Positions 1 through 11,506 of a stretch of DNA of 64,000 nt are shown here, piece by piece. The notes beneath the pieces are model-generated. The model searched no databases and was not told the origin of the DNA. It saw nothing but the letters and a program-made list of their open reading frames with translations. Location: contig JAITSN010000111.1 of NCBI GenBank assembly GCA_031287715.1, positions 17,848 through 81,847 of the forward strand, read 5' to 3'. A program made the position numbers and the translations under genes. Origin of the DNA: Mediterranea sp. (GTDB taxonomy: Bacteria; Bacteroidota; Bacteroidia; Bacteroidales; Bacteroidaceae). Position 1 is the first letter of the stretch, and every line of letters begins with the position of its first letter.

Positions 1-2
1 GT

Positions 3-1250
3 GTAGGTGTATTTACCGGACGTGTACCCTTTGTTTGGATCTCAAACAGCTTTTCAAATACAGGTGTTGAAATGGTGCAATATAACTTAACCGGATCTAA
101 AGTGCCCAATGGCTTCACGTTTAATATTAATCCGGATAAACAATATGATCCGGCTTCAACGGGTGCTTCGGCGCAAACATCTACAATTTGTGTTATGACC
201 GATGACTTTAAAATGCCTCAGGTTCTTCGTGCCAACCTGGCGTTTGAGTACAGACTTCCTTATGATATTAAAGCGACCGTCGAAGGATTATATTCAAAGA
301 CCCTGAATAATGTTTATTACCGGAACATTCAATATGAAAACCAGAACAGCGAAACATTAAATAACGGAAACGATAAACGCCCGTTCTATACAAATATGGA
401 CAAAGGGTATTACGGCGTTTATTATCTTTCAAATACAAATAAAGGTTTTACGGCGAGCTTGACGACTAAATTGGAAAAGACGTTTGATTTTGGTCTGGAC
501 GTAATGGCAGCCTATACATTTACCCGTTCCAAATCATTGAATGACGGTAATTCTTCCCAGGCTTCTTCCAATTGGGGTAAGAACTTTGCCGTTGACGGCA
601 ATAACCCTACATTGGAATCATCAACCTATGACCTACCCCATCGCGTAATTGCATCCATTGGTTACAGTAAATCGTATACAAAGTATTTTGCCACTCATGT
701 AAACCTGACTTATACAGGGCAATCGGGCGATCATTATAACTTAGTTTACAACAAGGATATTAATGGTGATGGTTATGCAAATGATGTGCTGTATATCCCG
801 ACCGATGAAGAGCTGAAAACCATGAATTTTACAGCTTATACAGCCGGCAGCAATACTATCACTGCCGACAAACAACGTGAAGATTTCGGTAAATGGATCA
901 ATGACCGTCCCGATATAGCCAAAAGAAAAGGAGATTACATTCGCCGCAATGCAATGATTGCTGCATTTGAGAATCATTTTGATTTCCATCTTGCACAAGA
1001 TTTCTATTTCTTTATTAAAGGGAAAAAGAATACGGTACAATTATCTTTCGATGTCTTGAATATAGGCAATTTATTGAACCGCGGCTGGGGGCTGTATAAT
1101 AATGTAAGCTGGAACTATAACGTTCTTGAAGTTGCATCTGTAACCAATAGAACCCCAGCTTTTAATTTTAAAGGCGGTGCAGAGCCTAACACAATCAGTG
1201 ATTACAATTCTCGTTGGAGAGCGCAAATCGGAGCTAAGTATATTTTCTGA
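3..1250 (+). CDS. TonB-dependent receptor (Oar-like), C-terminal part; 5' end outside window
   Basis: Open frame from position 3 (VGVFTGRVPFVWISNSF...), beta-barrel-type sequence, terminal aromatic motif ...QIGAKYIF. Confidence 0.85.
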   Translation, partial: VGVFTGRVPFVWISNSFSNTGVEMVQYNLTGSKVPNGFTFNINPDKQYDPASTGASAQTSTICVMTDDFKMPQVLRANLAFEYRLPYDIKATVEGLYSKTLNNVYYRNIQYENQNSETLNNGNDKRPFYTNMDKGYYGVYYLSNTNKGFTASLTTKLEKTFDFGLDVMAAYTFTRSKSLNDGNSSQASSNWGKNFAVDGNNPTLESSTYDLPHRVIASIGYSKSYTKYFATHVNLTYTGQSGDHYNLVYNKDINGDGYANDVLYIPTDEELKTMNFTAYTAGSNTITADKQREDFGKWINDRPDIAKRKGDYIRRNAMIAAFENHFDFHLAQDFYFFIKGKKNTVQLSFDVLNIGNLLNRGWGLYNNVSWNYNVLEVASVTNRTPAFNFKGGAEPNTISDYNSRWRAQIGAKYIF

Positions 1251-1282
1251 TTGAAAAACAGAAAACCATAAACCCAATAAAT

Positions 1283-1322
1283 GAACCGGACGGCCTGCTG
1301 AGGCTGTCCGGTTTCTTTTTTT
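1283..1322 (+). terminator. Rho-independent terminator
   Basis: AACCGGACGGCCT-GCTG-AGGCTGTCCGGTT stem followed by T-run. Confidence 0.85.
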
Positions 1323-1338
1323 CCTCGGGCATTCTACG

Positions 1339-1346
1339 TATATTTG
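1339..1346 (+). promoter_or_regulatory. Bacteroidetes sigma-A -7 box for lepA
   Basis: TATATTTG matches TAnnTTTG, ~26 bp before ATG. Confidence 0.65.
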
Positions 1347-1372
1347 CCCTCCTGAACATGAATTTGACTTGA

Positions 1373-3154
1373 ATGAAGAATATACGCAACTTTTGCATTA
1401 TCGCCCATATAGACCATGGCAAATCAACGCTGGCCGACCGCTTGCTGGAATTTACGAAAACGATTCAGATAACGGGCGGGCAGATGCTTGACGATATGGA
1501 GCTTGAAAAGGAAAGGGGGATCACGATCAAAAGCCACGCCATACAGATGGAGTATACGTATAAGGACCAGAAGTATATATTGAACTTGATTGATACCCCG
1601 GGGCATGTAGACTTTTCTTATGAGGTGTCGCGCTCCATTGCCGCGTGTGAAGGCGCCCTGCTGATTGTGGATGCTTCGCAGGGGGTACAGGCGCAAACCA
1701 TATCCAATTTATATATGGCGATCGGCCACGACCTGGAAATCATTCCCATCATCAACAAATGCGATATGATCAATGCCATGCCCGAAGAGGTGGAAGACGA
1801 GATTGTCGAACTGCTGGGCTGTAAGCGCGGGGAGATCATCCGCGCTTCGGGCAAAACGGGAATGGGTGTGGAAGAGATCCTGGCCGGCGTTATCGAGCGG
1901 ATACCGCATCCGAAGGGAGACGAAGAAGCACCTTTGCAAGCGTTGATCTTTGACTCGGTATTCAACTCTTTCCGCGGCATCATTGCTTATTTCAAGATAA
2001 CCAACGGCGTGATCCGCCCGGGCGACAAGGTGAAGTTCATCAATACCGGCAAGGAATATGCCGCCGATGAGATCGGGGTGCTGAAAATGCAAATGGTGCC
2101 CCGCAAAGAACTCCGCACAGGGGATGTGGGCTATATCATATCGGGAATCAAAACTTCACGCGAGGTGAAGGTGGGGGATACGATTACGCATGTGGCCCGT
2201 CCGGCTACGGAAGCCATCTCCGGGTTTGAGGAAGTGAAGCCGATGGTGTTTGCCGGTATCTACCCGATTGAGGCGGAAGACTACGAGAACCTGCGTTCGT
2301 CGCTGGAGAAGTTGCAACTGAATGACGCGTCGCTGACTTTCCAACCGGAATCGTCGCTGGCTTTGGGCTTCGGTTTCCGCTGCGGTTTCCTGGGATTGCT
2401 TCATATGGAGATCGTCCAGGAACGCTTGGACAGGGAGTTTGACATGAACGTAATTGCAACCGTGCCGAATGTATCCTATCAGGTATACGACAAACAAGGG
2501 GTGATGACCGAAGTGCATAACCCCGGCGGTATGCCCGACCAGACATTGATCGATCATATTGAAGAACCTTACATAAAGGCGTCGGTCATCACGACGACCG
2601 ATTATATCGGCCCGATCATGACACTCTGTCTGGGTAAGCGCGGCGAGCTGCTGAAGCAGGAATATATATCGGGCAACCGCGTGGAGATTTATTATAACCT
2701 GCCTTTGGGGGAGATCGTGATTGACTTTTATGATAAGCTGAAGAGTATCTCGAAAGGGTATGCTTCTTTTGATTACCACATGGATGGTTTCCGGCCGTCA
2801 AAGTTGGTGAAGCTCGATATTCTGCTGAACGGAGAACCTGTGGACGCGCTGTCTACATTGACGCATTTCGACAATGCCCAGGATTTCGGGCGCCGGATGT
2901 GCGAAAAGCTGAAAGAACTTATTCCGCGCCAACAGTTTGATATTGCCATCCAGGCGGCCATCGGCTCGAAAATCATAGCGCGCGAAACGGTAAAGGCGGT
3001 GCGCAAGGATGTTACAGCCAAATGTTACGGCGGTGACATCAGCCGTAAGCGTAAGCTGCTTGAAAAGCAGAAGAAAGGAAAGAAACGAATGAAACAGATC
3101 GGGAATGTGGAGGTTCCCCAAAAGGCTTTCCTTGCCGTACTGAAATTGGATTAA
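1373..3154 (+). CDS. lepA: Translation elongation factor 4 (LepA)
   Basis: [27 protein letters not shown] GTPase motifs; C-terminal [18 protein letters not shown]. Confidence 0.99.
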   Translation: MKNIRNFCIIAHIDHGKSTLADRLLEFTKTIQITGGQMLDDMELEKERGITIKSHAIQMEYTYKDQKYILNLIDTPGHVDFSYEVSRSIAACEGALLIVDASQGVQAQTISNLYMAIGHDLEIIPIINKCDMINAMPEEVEDEIVELLGCKRGEIIRASGKTGMGVEEILAGVIERIPHPKGDEEAPLQALIFDSVFNSFRGIIAYFKITNGVIRPGDKVKFINTGKEYAADEIGVLKMQMVPRKELRTGDVGYIISGIKTSREVKVGDTITHVARPATEAISGFEEVKPMVFAGIYPIEAEDYENLRSSLEKLQLNDASLTFQPESSLALGFGFRCGFLGLLHMEIVQERLDREFDMNVIATVPNVSYQVYDKQGVMTEVHNPGGMPDQTLIDHIEEPYIKASVITTTDYIGPIMTLCLGKRGELLKQEYISGNRVEIYYNLPLGEIVIDFYDKLKSISKGYASFDYHMDGFRPSKLVKLDILLNGEPVDALSTLTHFDNAQDFGRRMCEKLKELIPRQQFDIAIQAAIGSKIIARETVKAVRKDVTAKCYGGDISRKRKLLEKQKKGKKRMKQIGNVEVPQKAFLAVLKLD

Positions 3155-3178
3155 CTTACTAACCTTAACTATTTATAT

Positions 3179-4531
3179 ATGGCTTTTTTACGAAGATGGT
3201 ATTTACCTTTCAAGCATATTTCCGCAAGTGTTCTTTTGTTTGTAACTGCCGTTGCCGCCGCTATTTTGGCGAACTCGCCCCTGGCTCCTTGCTATCACGG
3301 GTTTCTTGCGACGGAAGTATGTCTCCAAATCGGGAACTTCAATTTGTTTTCGCACGGTGGCCACACCATGACTGTATTGCAGCTGATCAACGACGGATTT
3401 ATGGCCGTCTTTTTTCTGGCGGTAGGATTGGAGATCAAACGCGAACTGCTGGTGGGCGAATTTTCGTCTTTCCGGAAAGCCTGCTTGCCCTTTATTGCAG
3501 CTTGCGGCGGGATGCTTGTTCCTGTTATTATCTATGCGCTGGTTTGTCCTCCGGATTCTCCGGGCGGGCATGGCCTGGCTATTCCCATGGCAACGGACAT
3601 TGCGTTTTCGCTTGGCGTGCTCAGCCTGCTTGGCCGGCGCGTACCGTTGTGTTTGAAGATCTTCCTGACAGCCTTTGCCGTGGTTGATGATATTGGCGGC
3701 ATCCTTGTGATCGCGGTTTTCTACAGTTCGCATGTTTCCGTTTCTTATTTGCTGGGGGCGGCTTTGGTCTTTGCCGTTCTGTATGTGTTGGGGGCATTCC
3801 CTGCTACGGCCCGCAAATCCTTGTTTATTGCCGGCGGGTTGATAGCCTGGTACCTGTTCCTGCAATCGGGCATACACAGCACAATAGCCGGAGTGATACT
3901 TGCGTTTGTGATTCCTGCCCACCCGCGCTTGGGTGTGGGTAAATATATAGAGCGCATCCGCCGCATCATCAGAACTTTTCCTGCGATGCAGCCGGAAGAG
4001 CCGGCAAGTATTGTACTGACGAACCGGCAGATCGCCAAGCTAAAGCGCGTCGAATCGGCATCCGGCCGCGTGATCAGCATCCTGCAATCGCTGGAAGATA
4101 ACCTGCACAACACCGTAAGTTTTATCGTCCTGCCGCTTTTCGCTTTTGCCAACGCGGGTCTAACACTGGGTGGCTGTAGCGGCGAACTGTTCGGGGATGT
4201 AGCCGCCGGGGTGGCGTTGGGATTGGTATTCGGTAAGTTCATCGGTACCTTCAGCTTCACCTGGATGGCGATAAAAACCAAGCTCGTGCCCATGCCTGCG
4301 GGTATGAGCTGGAAGAATCTTGCCGGAGTATCGCTCTTGGGCGGCATCGGGTTCACGGTATCGCTGTTTATCGCCAACCTGTCGTTCGGTGAAACCGATC
4401 CCGTGCTGTTGAATCAGGCAAAAGCCGGAATACTGGGCGGGTCGCTCCTGGCGGGAACACTTGGCTTTATCGTATTGTCCGGCGTATTGCCGCGTGCGGC
4501 GGTACCGGCAGTGCCCCGCAGCGAGGCTTAG
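3179..4531 (+). CDS. nhaA: Na+/H+ antiporter NhaA
   Basis: INDGFMAVFFLAVGLEIKRE, AIPMATDIAF, AVVDDIG, GIGFTVSLFI motifs. Confidence 0.95.
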   Translation: MAFLRRWYLPFKHISASVLLFVTAVAAAILANSPLAPCYHGFLATEVCLQIGNFNLFSHGGHTMTVLQLINDGFMAVFFLAVGLEIKRELLVGEFSSFRKACLPFIAACGGMLVPVIIYALVCPPDSPGGHGLAIPMATDIAFSLGVLSLLGRRVPLCLKIFLTAFAVVDDIGGILVIAVFYSSHVSVSYLLGAALVFAVLYVLGAFPATARKSLFIAGGLIAWYLFLQSGIHSTIAGVILAFVIPAHPRLGVGKYIERIRRIIRTFPAMQPEEPASIVLTNRQIAKLKRVESASGRVISILQSLEDNLHNTVSFIVLPLFAFANAGLTLGGCSGELFGDVAAGVALGLVFGKFIGTFSFTWMAIKTKLVPMPAGMSWKNLAGVSLLGGIGFTVSLFIANLSFGETDPVLLNQAKAGILGGSLLAGTLGFIVLSGVLPRAAVPAVPRSEA

Positions 4532-4567
4532 CCCGCACAGTTTTGCAAACTACTTGTACATAATATT

Positions 4568-5749
4568 ATGAAGAAAATTCGTTTGGGTTTATTATCGCGT
4601 ATCGCTATCGCTATTTTGGCAGGAGTTCTATTGGGTAATTTCCTGCCCGCACCTGTTATACGGATATTCGTGACATTCAATGCCTTGTTCGGTGAATTTT
4701 TAGGTTTCTCCATTCCCTTGATCATCACAGGGCTGGTCACTATCGCCATTGCCGACATCGGCAATAAAGCCGGGAAGTTGTTGCTCATCACGGTATTGAT
4801 TGCCTATGGCTCCACTCTGCTATCCGGATTTATTTCTTATTTCACAGGCGCCATCCTGTTTCCATCCATGATTGAACAGGGAGCTTCGTTGGACAAAGCC
4901 GCCAACCCGGAAGGCTTGCTTCCTTATTTTAATGTGGCTATCCCTCCGTTGATGAATGTCATGACGGCATTGGTGCTTGCTTTCACGCTTGGCCTGGGAT
5001 TGGCCAACCTCAACCGCGCTTTCCTCAAAGATGCCGCCCGTGACTTCCAGGACATCATTGTCCGTGTCATTGAGAAAGTGATCATCCCCTTGCTGCCCGT
5101 TTATATTTTCGGTATATTCATGGGGATGTCCCATTCCGGGGAAGTCTATTCCATCCTGCTGGTTTTCATAAAGATCATAGGTGTTATCTTCGGCGTACAC
5201 CTGTTTGTGTTGCTCATGCAATTCTCCATAGCCGGAATGATCACGCGGCGCAATCCGATAAAACTGTTGCTACGGATGCTGCCGGCGTACCTTACGGCTT
5301 TGGGTACGCAATCATCAGCGGCGACAATTCCCGTAACGCTGGAACAAACGATCAAGAATAACGTCTCCCCCCAGATCGCCGGATTTATCATACCGCTTTG
5401 CGCTACCATTCATCTATCGGGCAGCACATTGAAAATAACGGCTTGCGCGTTGGCCTTGATGATCATGCAGGGAATGTCGTACGATTTTTCGCTGTTCGCC
5501 GGCTTTATATGCCTGTTGGGAATTGCGATGGTAGCCGCCCCCGGCGTTCCGGGAGGCGCAATCATGGCATCGCTCGGCATACTCCAATCCGTGTTGGGCT
5601 TTGACGAATCGGCGCAGGCATTGATGATCGCCTTATATATAGCGATGGACAGCTTCGGCACGGCGTGCAACGTGACAGGCGACGGCGCCATTGCCTTAGT
5701 TGTAGACAAGATCACCGAAAAAGAATCGTTTCAAGCATCAAAAATATAA
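4568..5749 (+). CDS. Dicarboxylate/amino acid:cation symporter (DAACS/SDF family)
   Basis: [38 protein letters not shown] motifs; hydrophobic. Confidence 0.92.
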   Translation: MKKIRLGLLSRIAIAILAGVLLGNFLPAPVIRIFVTFNALFGEFLGFSIPLIITGLVTIAIADIGNKAGKLLLITVLIAYGSTLLSGFISYFTGAILFPSMIEQGASLDKAANPEGLLPYFNVAIPPLMNVMTALVLAFTLGLGLANLNRAFLKDAARDFQDIIVRVIEKVIIPLLPVYIFGIFMGMSHSGEVYSILLVFIKIIGVIFGVHLFVLLMQFSIAGMITRRNPIKLLLRMLPAYLTALGTQSSAATIPVTLEQTIKNNVSPQIAGFIIPLCATIHLSGSTLKITACALALMIMQGMSYDFSLFAGFICLLGIAMVAAPGVPGGAIMASLGILQSVLGFDESAQALMIALYIAMDSFGTACNVTGDGAIALVVDKITEKESFQASKI

Positions 5750-5756
5750 ACCGATC

Positions 5757-6830
5757 ATGAAGACAGCCCTAATTACAGGTATCACCGGACAAGACGGTTC
5801 GTTCCTGGCCGAGTTTCTTTTGCAAAAAGGTTACGGGGTACACGGTATCCTGCGTCGCTCTTCCTCATTCAACACCGGACGTATTGAACATTTATACTTT
5901 GACGAGTGGGTGCGCGATATGAAACAGGCACGGACCATCAACCTGCACTATGGCGATTTGACCGATAGCAGTTCGCTGGTTCGTATCATCCAGCAGGTTC
6001 AGCCGGATGAGATCTACAACCTGGCAGCCCAGAGCCATGTAAAGGTAAGTTTTGAAGTCCCCGAATACACGGCCGAGACAGATGCCATCGGGCCGCTCCG
6101 TATCCTGGAAGCCGTCCGTATCCTGGGAATGGAGAAGAAGGTGCGTATTTACCAGGCGTCCACATCCGAGCTTTACGGAAAAGTTCAGGAAACGCCCCAA
6201 AAAGAGACCACCCCCTTCTACCCCTGCTCGCCTTACGGCGTGGCCAAGCAATACGGGTTCTGGATCACCAAGAACTACCGGGAAAGCTACGGCATGTTTG
6301 CCGTGAACGGTATCCTGTTCAACCACGAAAGCGAACGCCGCGGGGAGACCTTTGTTACCCGCAAGATCACGTTGGCCGCCGCCCGCATCCGCTTAGGCGA
6401 ACAAAACAAACTCTATCTCGGAAACCTGAATGCGATGCGCGACTGGGGATATGCCAAAGATTATGTAGAGTGCATGTGGCTGATGCTGCAACACGATACT
6501 CCGGAGGATTTTGTTATCGCTACGGGCGAATACCACTCCGTTCGGGAATTTTGCACCCTTGCTTTCCTTGAAGCAGGCATCAGCTTGCGTTGGGAAGGCG
6601 AAGGAATCGACGAAAAGGGTATTGACACCGAAAGCGGCAAGACGCTGGTTGAAGTAGACCCGAAATACTTCCGCCCGACAGAAGTTGAACAATTGTTGGG
6701 CGACCCGGCAAAAGCTAAAACATTATTGGGTTGGGATCCCAGGAAGACGGGCTTCAACGAACTTGTCCGGATCATGGTCCGGCACGACCTGGCTAAAGTT
6801 AAAAGAATGATGCTGCTGAAACATAACTAA
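5757..6830 (+). CDS. gmd: GDP-mannose 4,6-dehydratase
   Basis: [49 protein letters not shown]. Confidence 0.98.
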   Translation: MKTALITGITGQDGSFLAEFLLQKGYGVHGILRRSSSFNTGRIEHLYFDEWVRDMKQARTINLHYGDLTDSSSLVRIIQQVQPDEIYNLAAQSHVKVSFEVPEYTAETDAIGPLRILEAVRILGMEKKVRIYQASTSELYGKVQETPQKETTPFYPCSPYGVAKQYGFWITKNYRESYGMFAVNGILFNHESERRGETFVTRKITLAAARIRLGEQNKLYLGNLNAMRDWGYAKDYVECMWLMLQHDTPEDFVIATGEYHSVREFCTLAFLEAGISLRWEGEGIDEKGIDTESGKTLVEVDPKYFRPTEVEQLLGDPAKAKTLLGWDPRKTGFNELVRIMVRHDLAKVKRMMLLKHN

Positions 6831-6836
6831 TCAAAC

Positions 6837-7913
6837 ATGAATAAAGACGCCAAAATATACGTAGCAGGGCACCGCGGACTCGTAGGCTCCGCCATCCTGA
6901 AAAACCTGCAAGGCAAAGGATACACCCGGCTGACCGGCAAGACCCGCAGTGAGCTGGACTTGATGGATGCCGCGGCCGTCCGCCGGTTCTTCGACGAAGA
7001 ACAACCCGAATATGTTTTCTTCGCGGCGGCCCATGTTGGAGGCATCATGGCAAACAACACCTATCGCGCCGATTTTATCTACAATAATCTTCAGCTTCAG
7101 CAAAACGTCATCGGCGAAAGTTTCCGCCATCACGTGAAAAAGCTCCTGTTCCTGGGAAGCACGTGCATCTATCCCCGTGACGCGAAGCAGCCGATCCGTG
7201 AAGACGAACTTCTGGCCGCTCCTCTGGAATACACCAACGAACCTTATGCCATAGCTAAAATTGCAGGCCTTAAAATGTGCGAGAGCTTCAACCTGCAATA
7301 CGGCACAAACTACATCGCCGTCATGCCGACCAACCTCTATGGCCCCAACGACAACTTCGACCTGGAACGCAGCCACGTATTGCCGGCCATGCTCCGTAAG
7401 ATCCACTTGGCGAAGTGTTTGCAGGAAGAGGATTGGAAAACGGTAAAAGCCGATTTGGACAAGCGTCCTGTGGAAGGGATCACCGGCAGCTCTTCCAAAG
7501 AAGAAATACAGCGCATCCTGTCTAACTATGGAATAACAAGCCAGGGCGTTGAACTGTGGGGAACCGGCAAGCCGCTACGCGAATTTCTTTGGAGCGAAGA
7601 GATGGCCGATGCTTGCGTGTTCATCATGGAGCATGTCGATTTTGCCCAACTGAAAGGAACAAACAAAGAGATCCGCAATTGCCACATCAACATCGGAACC
7701 GGAAAGGAGATCAGCATCAAAGCGTTGGCCGATCTTATTGCCCGCACAGTCAATTATAAAGGAAACATCTGCTTTAACAGCAACAAACCGGACGGCACGC
7801 TGCGTAAGCTGACCGACCCGTCTAAACTAAATGCGTTGGGATGGCGTCACCGGATTGAGATTAACGAAGGGGTGCGCCGGATGTACGAATGGTATTCAAC
7901 ATTCAATGGATAA
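6837..7913 (+). CDS. fcl: GDP-L-fucose synthase
   Basis: AGHRGLVGSA, FLGSTCIYP, NEPYAIAKIAG, MPTNLYGPNDNF; follows gmd. Confidence 0.97.
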   Translation: MNKDAKIYVAGHRGLVGSAILKNLQGKGYTRLTGKTRSELDLMDAAAVRRFFDEEQPEYVFFAAAHVGGIMANNTYRADFIYNNLQLQQNVIGESFRHHVKKLLFLGSTCIYPRDAKQPIREDELLAAPLEYTNEPYAIAKIAGLKMCESFNLQYGTNYIAVMPTNLYGPNDNFDLERSHVLPAMLRKIHLAKCLQEEDWKTVKADLDKRPVEGITGSSSKEEIQRILSNYGITSQGVELWGTGKPLREFLWSEEMADACVFIMEHVDFAQLKGTNKEIRNCHINIGTGKEISIKALADLIARTVNYKGNICFNSNKPDGTLRKLTDPSKLNALGWRHRIEINEGVRRMYEWYSTFNG

Positions 7914-8147
7914 ACTTGCAAAAATACTTTTCTTCAGCTCATTGCTTTCTTCCGGTTCAATGGTATAAACCATATCCTCTCCGGTCAGGATAGCTTTCGC
8001 CTTTTCTGTTTTATTTGTCAACGCAGAACACTCCCTCAAGAGGCTTTCCCATTTCAGGTAAGCCTCCGAAGGAATATTCAAAGCATAACAAATAAATTCA
8101 TCGTCCCTTAAAAAATCTTCTACCTTATAATTAATCTTAGAGTTCAC
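7896..8147 (-). CDS. Small protein resembling the cytoplasmic N-terminal domain of FecR-type anti-sigma factors
   Basis: YKVEDFLRDDEFICY...W...KAKAIL pattern; directly downstream of ECF sigma; no TM helix. Confidence 0.6.
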   Translation of the reverse strand: MNSKINYKVEDFLRDDEFICYALNIPSEAYLKWESLLRECSALTNKTEKAKAILTGEDMVYTIEPEESNELKKSIFASLSIEC

Positions 8148-8197
8148 GTTAATTTGATACCTTTTATCAAAAAGACGTGCGTTTTAAAGTCGTGTAC

Positions 8198-8797
8198 TCA
8201 ATATAATACCTGTTTAACCTGTAATGTGCGAAGTTTAGTCAATCCGCGGTGCATCAGATTACGTACGGATTGATAATTCATGCTCATGATCTCGCAAATA
8301 TCTTCGTATTTCCTTTCTTCTATATAATATAATGTAAGCGCTTCACGTTGGCGCGGCGAAAGTTGTTTCATCATATAGCTGACGGCATGGCTTTCTACCT
8401 GTTCCTGCTCCATTTGAAGGTACTTTCTTTCCACATCATCCGTGGCTATAGGATCTACATCCTCAACAGCAGTGCTCGACATGTATACCCGCTTACGTAT
8501 TTCATCGCATATCTTATTTTTTAATGAGATAAATATGTAGGATTTAAAATTCTCGATCATATTCAAATCGCTTCTTCTTGTGTATATCTTCACAAAAACA
8601 TCGTGGATGCAATCTTTGAGCATCTCACTGTCCGTAGTCAGTCTATGGCCGTAATTATACAATATGTTGATATACAAATCGTACAAATGGGAAAAAGCGT
8701 TGGTGTCGCCTGCCTGAAATTCATTCAGCAACTGGCTGGTTTGGTCGGCTGTCTCCCTGGTATTAGATGCAGTTGCGCTTACCGGTTTCATTATCAT
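8198..8797 (-). CDS. ECF-type RNA polymerase sigma-70 factor
   Basis: GDTNAFSHLYDLY, DCIHDVFVKIY, LSPRQREALTLYY...YEDICEIM...SVRNLMHRGL (regions 2 and 4). Confidence 0.95.
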   Translation of the reverse strand: MIMKPVSATASNTRETADQTSQLLNEFQAGDTNAFSHLYDLYINILYNYGHRLTTDSEMLKDCIHDVFVKIYTRRSDLNMIENFKSYIFISLKNKICDEIRKRVYMSSTAVEDVDPIATDDVERKYLQMEQEQVESHAVSYMMKQLSPRQREALTLYYIEERKYEDICEIMSMNYQSVRNLMHRGLTKLRTLQVKQVLY

Positions 8798-8822
8798 AGC
8801 ATAATTAGGTGTTTTGATGATA

Positions 8823-8830
8823 CAAATTTA
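8823..8830 (-). promoter_or_regulatory. -7 box for ECF sigma gene
   Basis: TAAATTTG on minus strand ~25 bp upstream of start. Confidence 0.55.
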
Positions 8831-8987
8831 AAGGGGGAAGCTCCGGAAAGTTGGGAAATTCCGGTAGCAGGACAGGAAAAACAAACATTATGTTGAAGAA
8901 CAGCTTTATACCAATATTTTCTATCCGGTACCAGATTTTACGTACAGAAAGCCCGGAAGCCTCATCACAGCCGGATCAAAGAAGGGG

Positions 8988-9049
8988 AAAAACAAAAAAG
9001 CACCATCAAATCGTTTGCAAAATGGTGTTGCAAGCGGGCGATGGTGCTT
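8988..9049 (-). terminator. Rho-independent terminator for PiT gene
   Basis: AAGCACCATC...GATGGTGCTT stem preceded by A-run on plus strand (U-run on minus). Confidence 0.7.
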
Positions 9050-9075
9050 CCCCAAGGTTTGGAAATGATGATAAG

Positions 9076-9142
9076 TTGTCAATCATCCATTGTCAATCAT
9101 CCATTTGTTCATTGTCCATTGCCGGTTGTTCATTGTCAATTG
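9076..9142. repeat. Degenerate heptamer tract (ATTGTCA/ATTGTCC family)
   Basis: TTGTCAA TCATCCA TTGTCAA TCATCCA ... ATTGTCC ... ATTGTCAATT. Confidence 0.8.
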
Positions 9143-11388
9143 TTTGTGTGGTTGGCTTGGAACTTCCTGCTTACCTTCATAATGTTGATGATGTACATCA
9201 CGACGTTCTGGGCTTCTTGCAACATAGTCAGGTAGACCATACTCACCTTGATGCTTCCGGATTGGTTTTGTATGCGCTTCAACTCTTCGCGTTTCAGAAC
9301 GGACAGCTGGTTGTTGATCACGTTGGACGCCTTGATCTCCTGGTCCAATCCTTCGTAGTCGTTCTTTTCCGTCTTCTCGCGGCAGGAGTGGATAAATTGA
9401 AAGATCTGTTGGGAGATCCGGTTAAGCTCTTCCTTTTGGGTGCTGTCCAGCGGATTGAAGTTGTTGTCGGTATGCTCAAGGACAGGCTCGCACATCCGGT
9501 CCATGCTGTATACCAGCTCGAGGGCAAAGTCATTTCCCTGATAGTAATACAGTCCCTTCTCGATCAACATATTACTGTCTAACCGCGAAATAGCGCTTGC
9601 TCCGATGCGGCGCATCTGTTTCACCAGCTGTTTTTCGAACTTGATCGCTCCGGTGGCCTTGCGCAGTCCCCGCAGGTTTTCGTCGAAGAAAGACGTCACG
9701 ATACGGTTGAAGTTCTCTTCCGCAAATTGGAGGAGCTTAACCCGTTCTTCGCACGTATACACCTGTAAGCGTTGCAATGCTTCTTCGCCGGTCTTACTTT
9801 GCAGCAGCAGTTTTACCGTTTCGCTGTGTTGCTCGGCTGTTTTCTTCTTGCTGAACAAAACATGGCTGCGGAGCAGCGTAAGAACAGCCAGCAGAATAAG
9901 GACAATCGTCGCGACGGTTCCGCCATAATAGATAAGCAATGCCACAAAGAAGCTGATGGTAAAGGCGATCCCCGCGGTGAGGAACCAGCCGCCGACAACG
10001 GAAAGCACGCCCGTGATGCGGAACACCGCCGAGTCGCGCCCCCAGGCACGGTCGGCAAGCGAGCTACCCATGGCCACCATGAATGTGACGTATGTGGTGG
10101 AGAGGGGAAGTTTCAGCGAAGTACCCAGGGCGATGAGCAAGCTGGCAACCACCAGGTTCACAGCAGCGCGGACAAGGTCGAAAGCGCCGCCGTCGGCTAT
10201 AATGGCTTCATCTTTGCAGAAACGGCTGTTGATCCACTGCTTGGCCTTTTCCGGAACCCAGCTGTCCATGCTGTGAGCAATGCTCAGGCTCATGCGGACC
10301 ACTTTACGGGCGATGGGCGTGCTGCCGAAACTTTCTTCCCCTTCTTCCTGGCGGGAAAGGTCTACCGAGGTCTTGATAACATGCTGCGCCTTCTTGGAAG
10401 TGAACAGCGCGTACACCATGACCAAGCCCGCGCCGGCAAGGAAATACCAGGGAGTCTTTGCCGAGCCGAGAAGCGAAGTCATCAGGAAGTTGTCGGGAGT
10501 GGCCGCGGGGCCTTGCGAGATAAAATCGGTGTATGCCGAATAGCCGGCCAAAGGCACCCCGATGAAGTTGACCAGGTCGTTGCCGGCAAAGGCAAGCGCC
10601 AACGCAAATGTACCCAGCAGCACGATGACCTTAAAAACATTCACCTTCAGCCAATGCAGCGTCTGCATCAGGAGGGTGAAGAAAAGGAAGCAGTATCCCA
10701 CGAGCATACCGGTGTGCCCGTCTATCCACAGCTTATTTTCCGCCGTCATGAACGAACTGTCCTTCAATCCCTTGATGACCATAAAGTAGAAGATAGCCGT
10801 GGCAGCGAATCCGCCGAACAACCCGACGGCGTACTTCATCTTCTTCTTGTAACCGAAGGTGAAGATGATGCGGGCCAGGTACTGTATCAGCACGCCAAAG
10901 AAAAAGGCTATGGCGACGGAGATGAATATGGCCATGACGACGGAGAGCGCTTTGTCCGTGTTGATCAGGTCTCCCATTTGCAGGCCGCCGTCGGCGAAGA
11001 CCTTGATCATGGCAAGGGCGAACGTGCCGCCGAGCAGTTCAAACACCATGGATACGGTTGTAGAGGTCGGCATCCCCATGGAGTTGAAAGCATCCAGCAA
11101 GACAACGTCGGTTATCATCACGGCAAGAACGATGCACATGATCTCGGCGAAGTAAAAATGTTGGGGCTGGTAGATGCCATGGCGGGCGATGTCCATCATG
11201 CCGTTGGAGAATGCGGCGCCGACAAATATGCCGGCGGCAGCCACAACCATGACTAACTTGAACGAGGCGGCCTTTGCGCCTATTGCGGAATTGAGGAAAT
11301 TACATGCGTCGTTGCTTACGCCTACCATAATGTCGAATACGGCAAGGCCGAACAAGATGATCAGAATGATGAAATAAAGTGTATCCAT
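9136..11388 (-). CDS. Inorganic phosphate transporter (PiT family) with soluble helical, possibly PhoU-like, C-terminal domain
   Basis: GVSNDACNF and GNDLVNFIG signatures, MPTSTT and LPLSTT repeats. Confidence 0.9.
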   Translation of the reverse strand: MDTLYFIILIILFGLAVFDIMVGVSNDACNFLNSAIGAKAASFKLVMVVAAAGIFVGAAFSNGMMDIARHGIYQPQHFYFAEIMCIVLAVMITDVVLLDAFNSMGMPTSTTVSMVFELLGGTFALAMIKVFADGGLQMGDLINTDKALSVVMAIFISVAIAFFFGVLIQYLARIIFTFGYKKKMKYAVGLFGGFAATAIFYFMVIKGLKDSSFMTAENKLWIDGHTGMLVGYCFLFFTLLMQTLHWLKVNVFKVIVLLGTFALALAFAGNDLVNFIGVPLAGYSAYTDFISQGPAATPDNFLMTSLLGSAKTPWYFLAGAGLVMVYALFTSKKAQHVIKTSVDLSRQEEGEESFGSTPIARKVVRMSLSIAHSMDSWVPEKAKQWINSRFCKDEAIIADGGAFDLVRAAVNLVVASLLIALGTSLKLPLSTTYVTFMVAMGSSLADRAWGRDSAVFRITGVLSVVGGWFLTAGIAFTISFFVALLIYYGGTVATIVLILLAVLTLLRSHVLFSKKKTAEQHSETVKLLLQSKTGEEALQRLQVYTCEERVKLLQFAEENFNRIVTSFFDENLRGLRKATGAIKFEKQLVKQMRRIGASAISRLDSNMLIEKGLYYYQGNDFALELVYSMDRMCEPVLEHTDNNFNPLDSTQKEELNRISQQIFQFIHSCREKTEKNDYEGLDQEIKASNVINNQLSVLKREELKRIQNQSGSIKVSMVYLTMLQEAQNVVMYIINIMKVSRKFQANHTNN

Positions 11389-11408
11389 GCGATATATGTT
11401 ATTGTCTA

Positions 11409-11455
11409 CAAAGAAATGACCTTTTTATTGCATGGGAGTTGCATGTATATTACAG
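11409..11455 (-). promoter_or_regulatory. Pho-box-like 11-bp-period repeats plus degenerate -7 box upstream of PiT
   Basis: Plus-strand heptamers ATTGCAT(11427), GTTGCAT(11438), ATTACAG(11449); TTTCTTTG on minus at 11409-11416. Confidence 0.6.
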
Positions 11456-11506
11456 AACTATTTCTTTTAAGCCTCCAAATCGTTAAGCCCCCAGGAAGGA
11501 GGAACC

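Noticed and set aside
8851-9582. 243-aa plus-strand ORF
   Set aside because: Antisense to the PiT gene and spans a terminator and a heptamer tract
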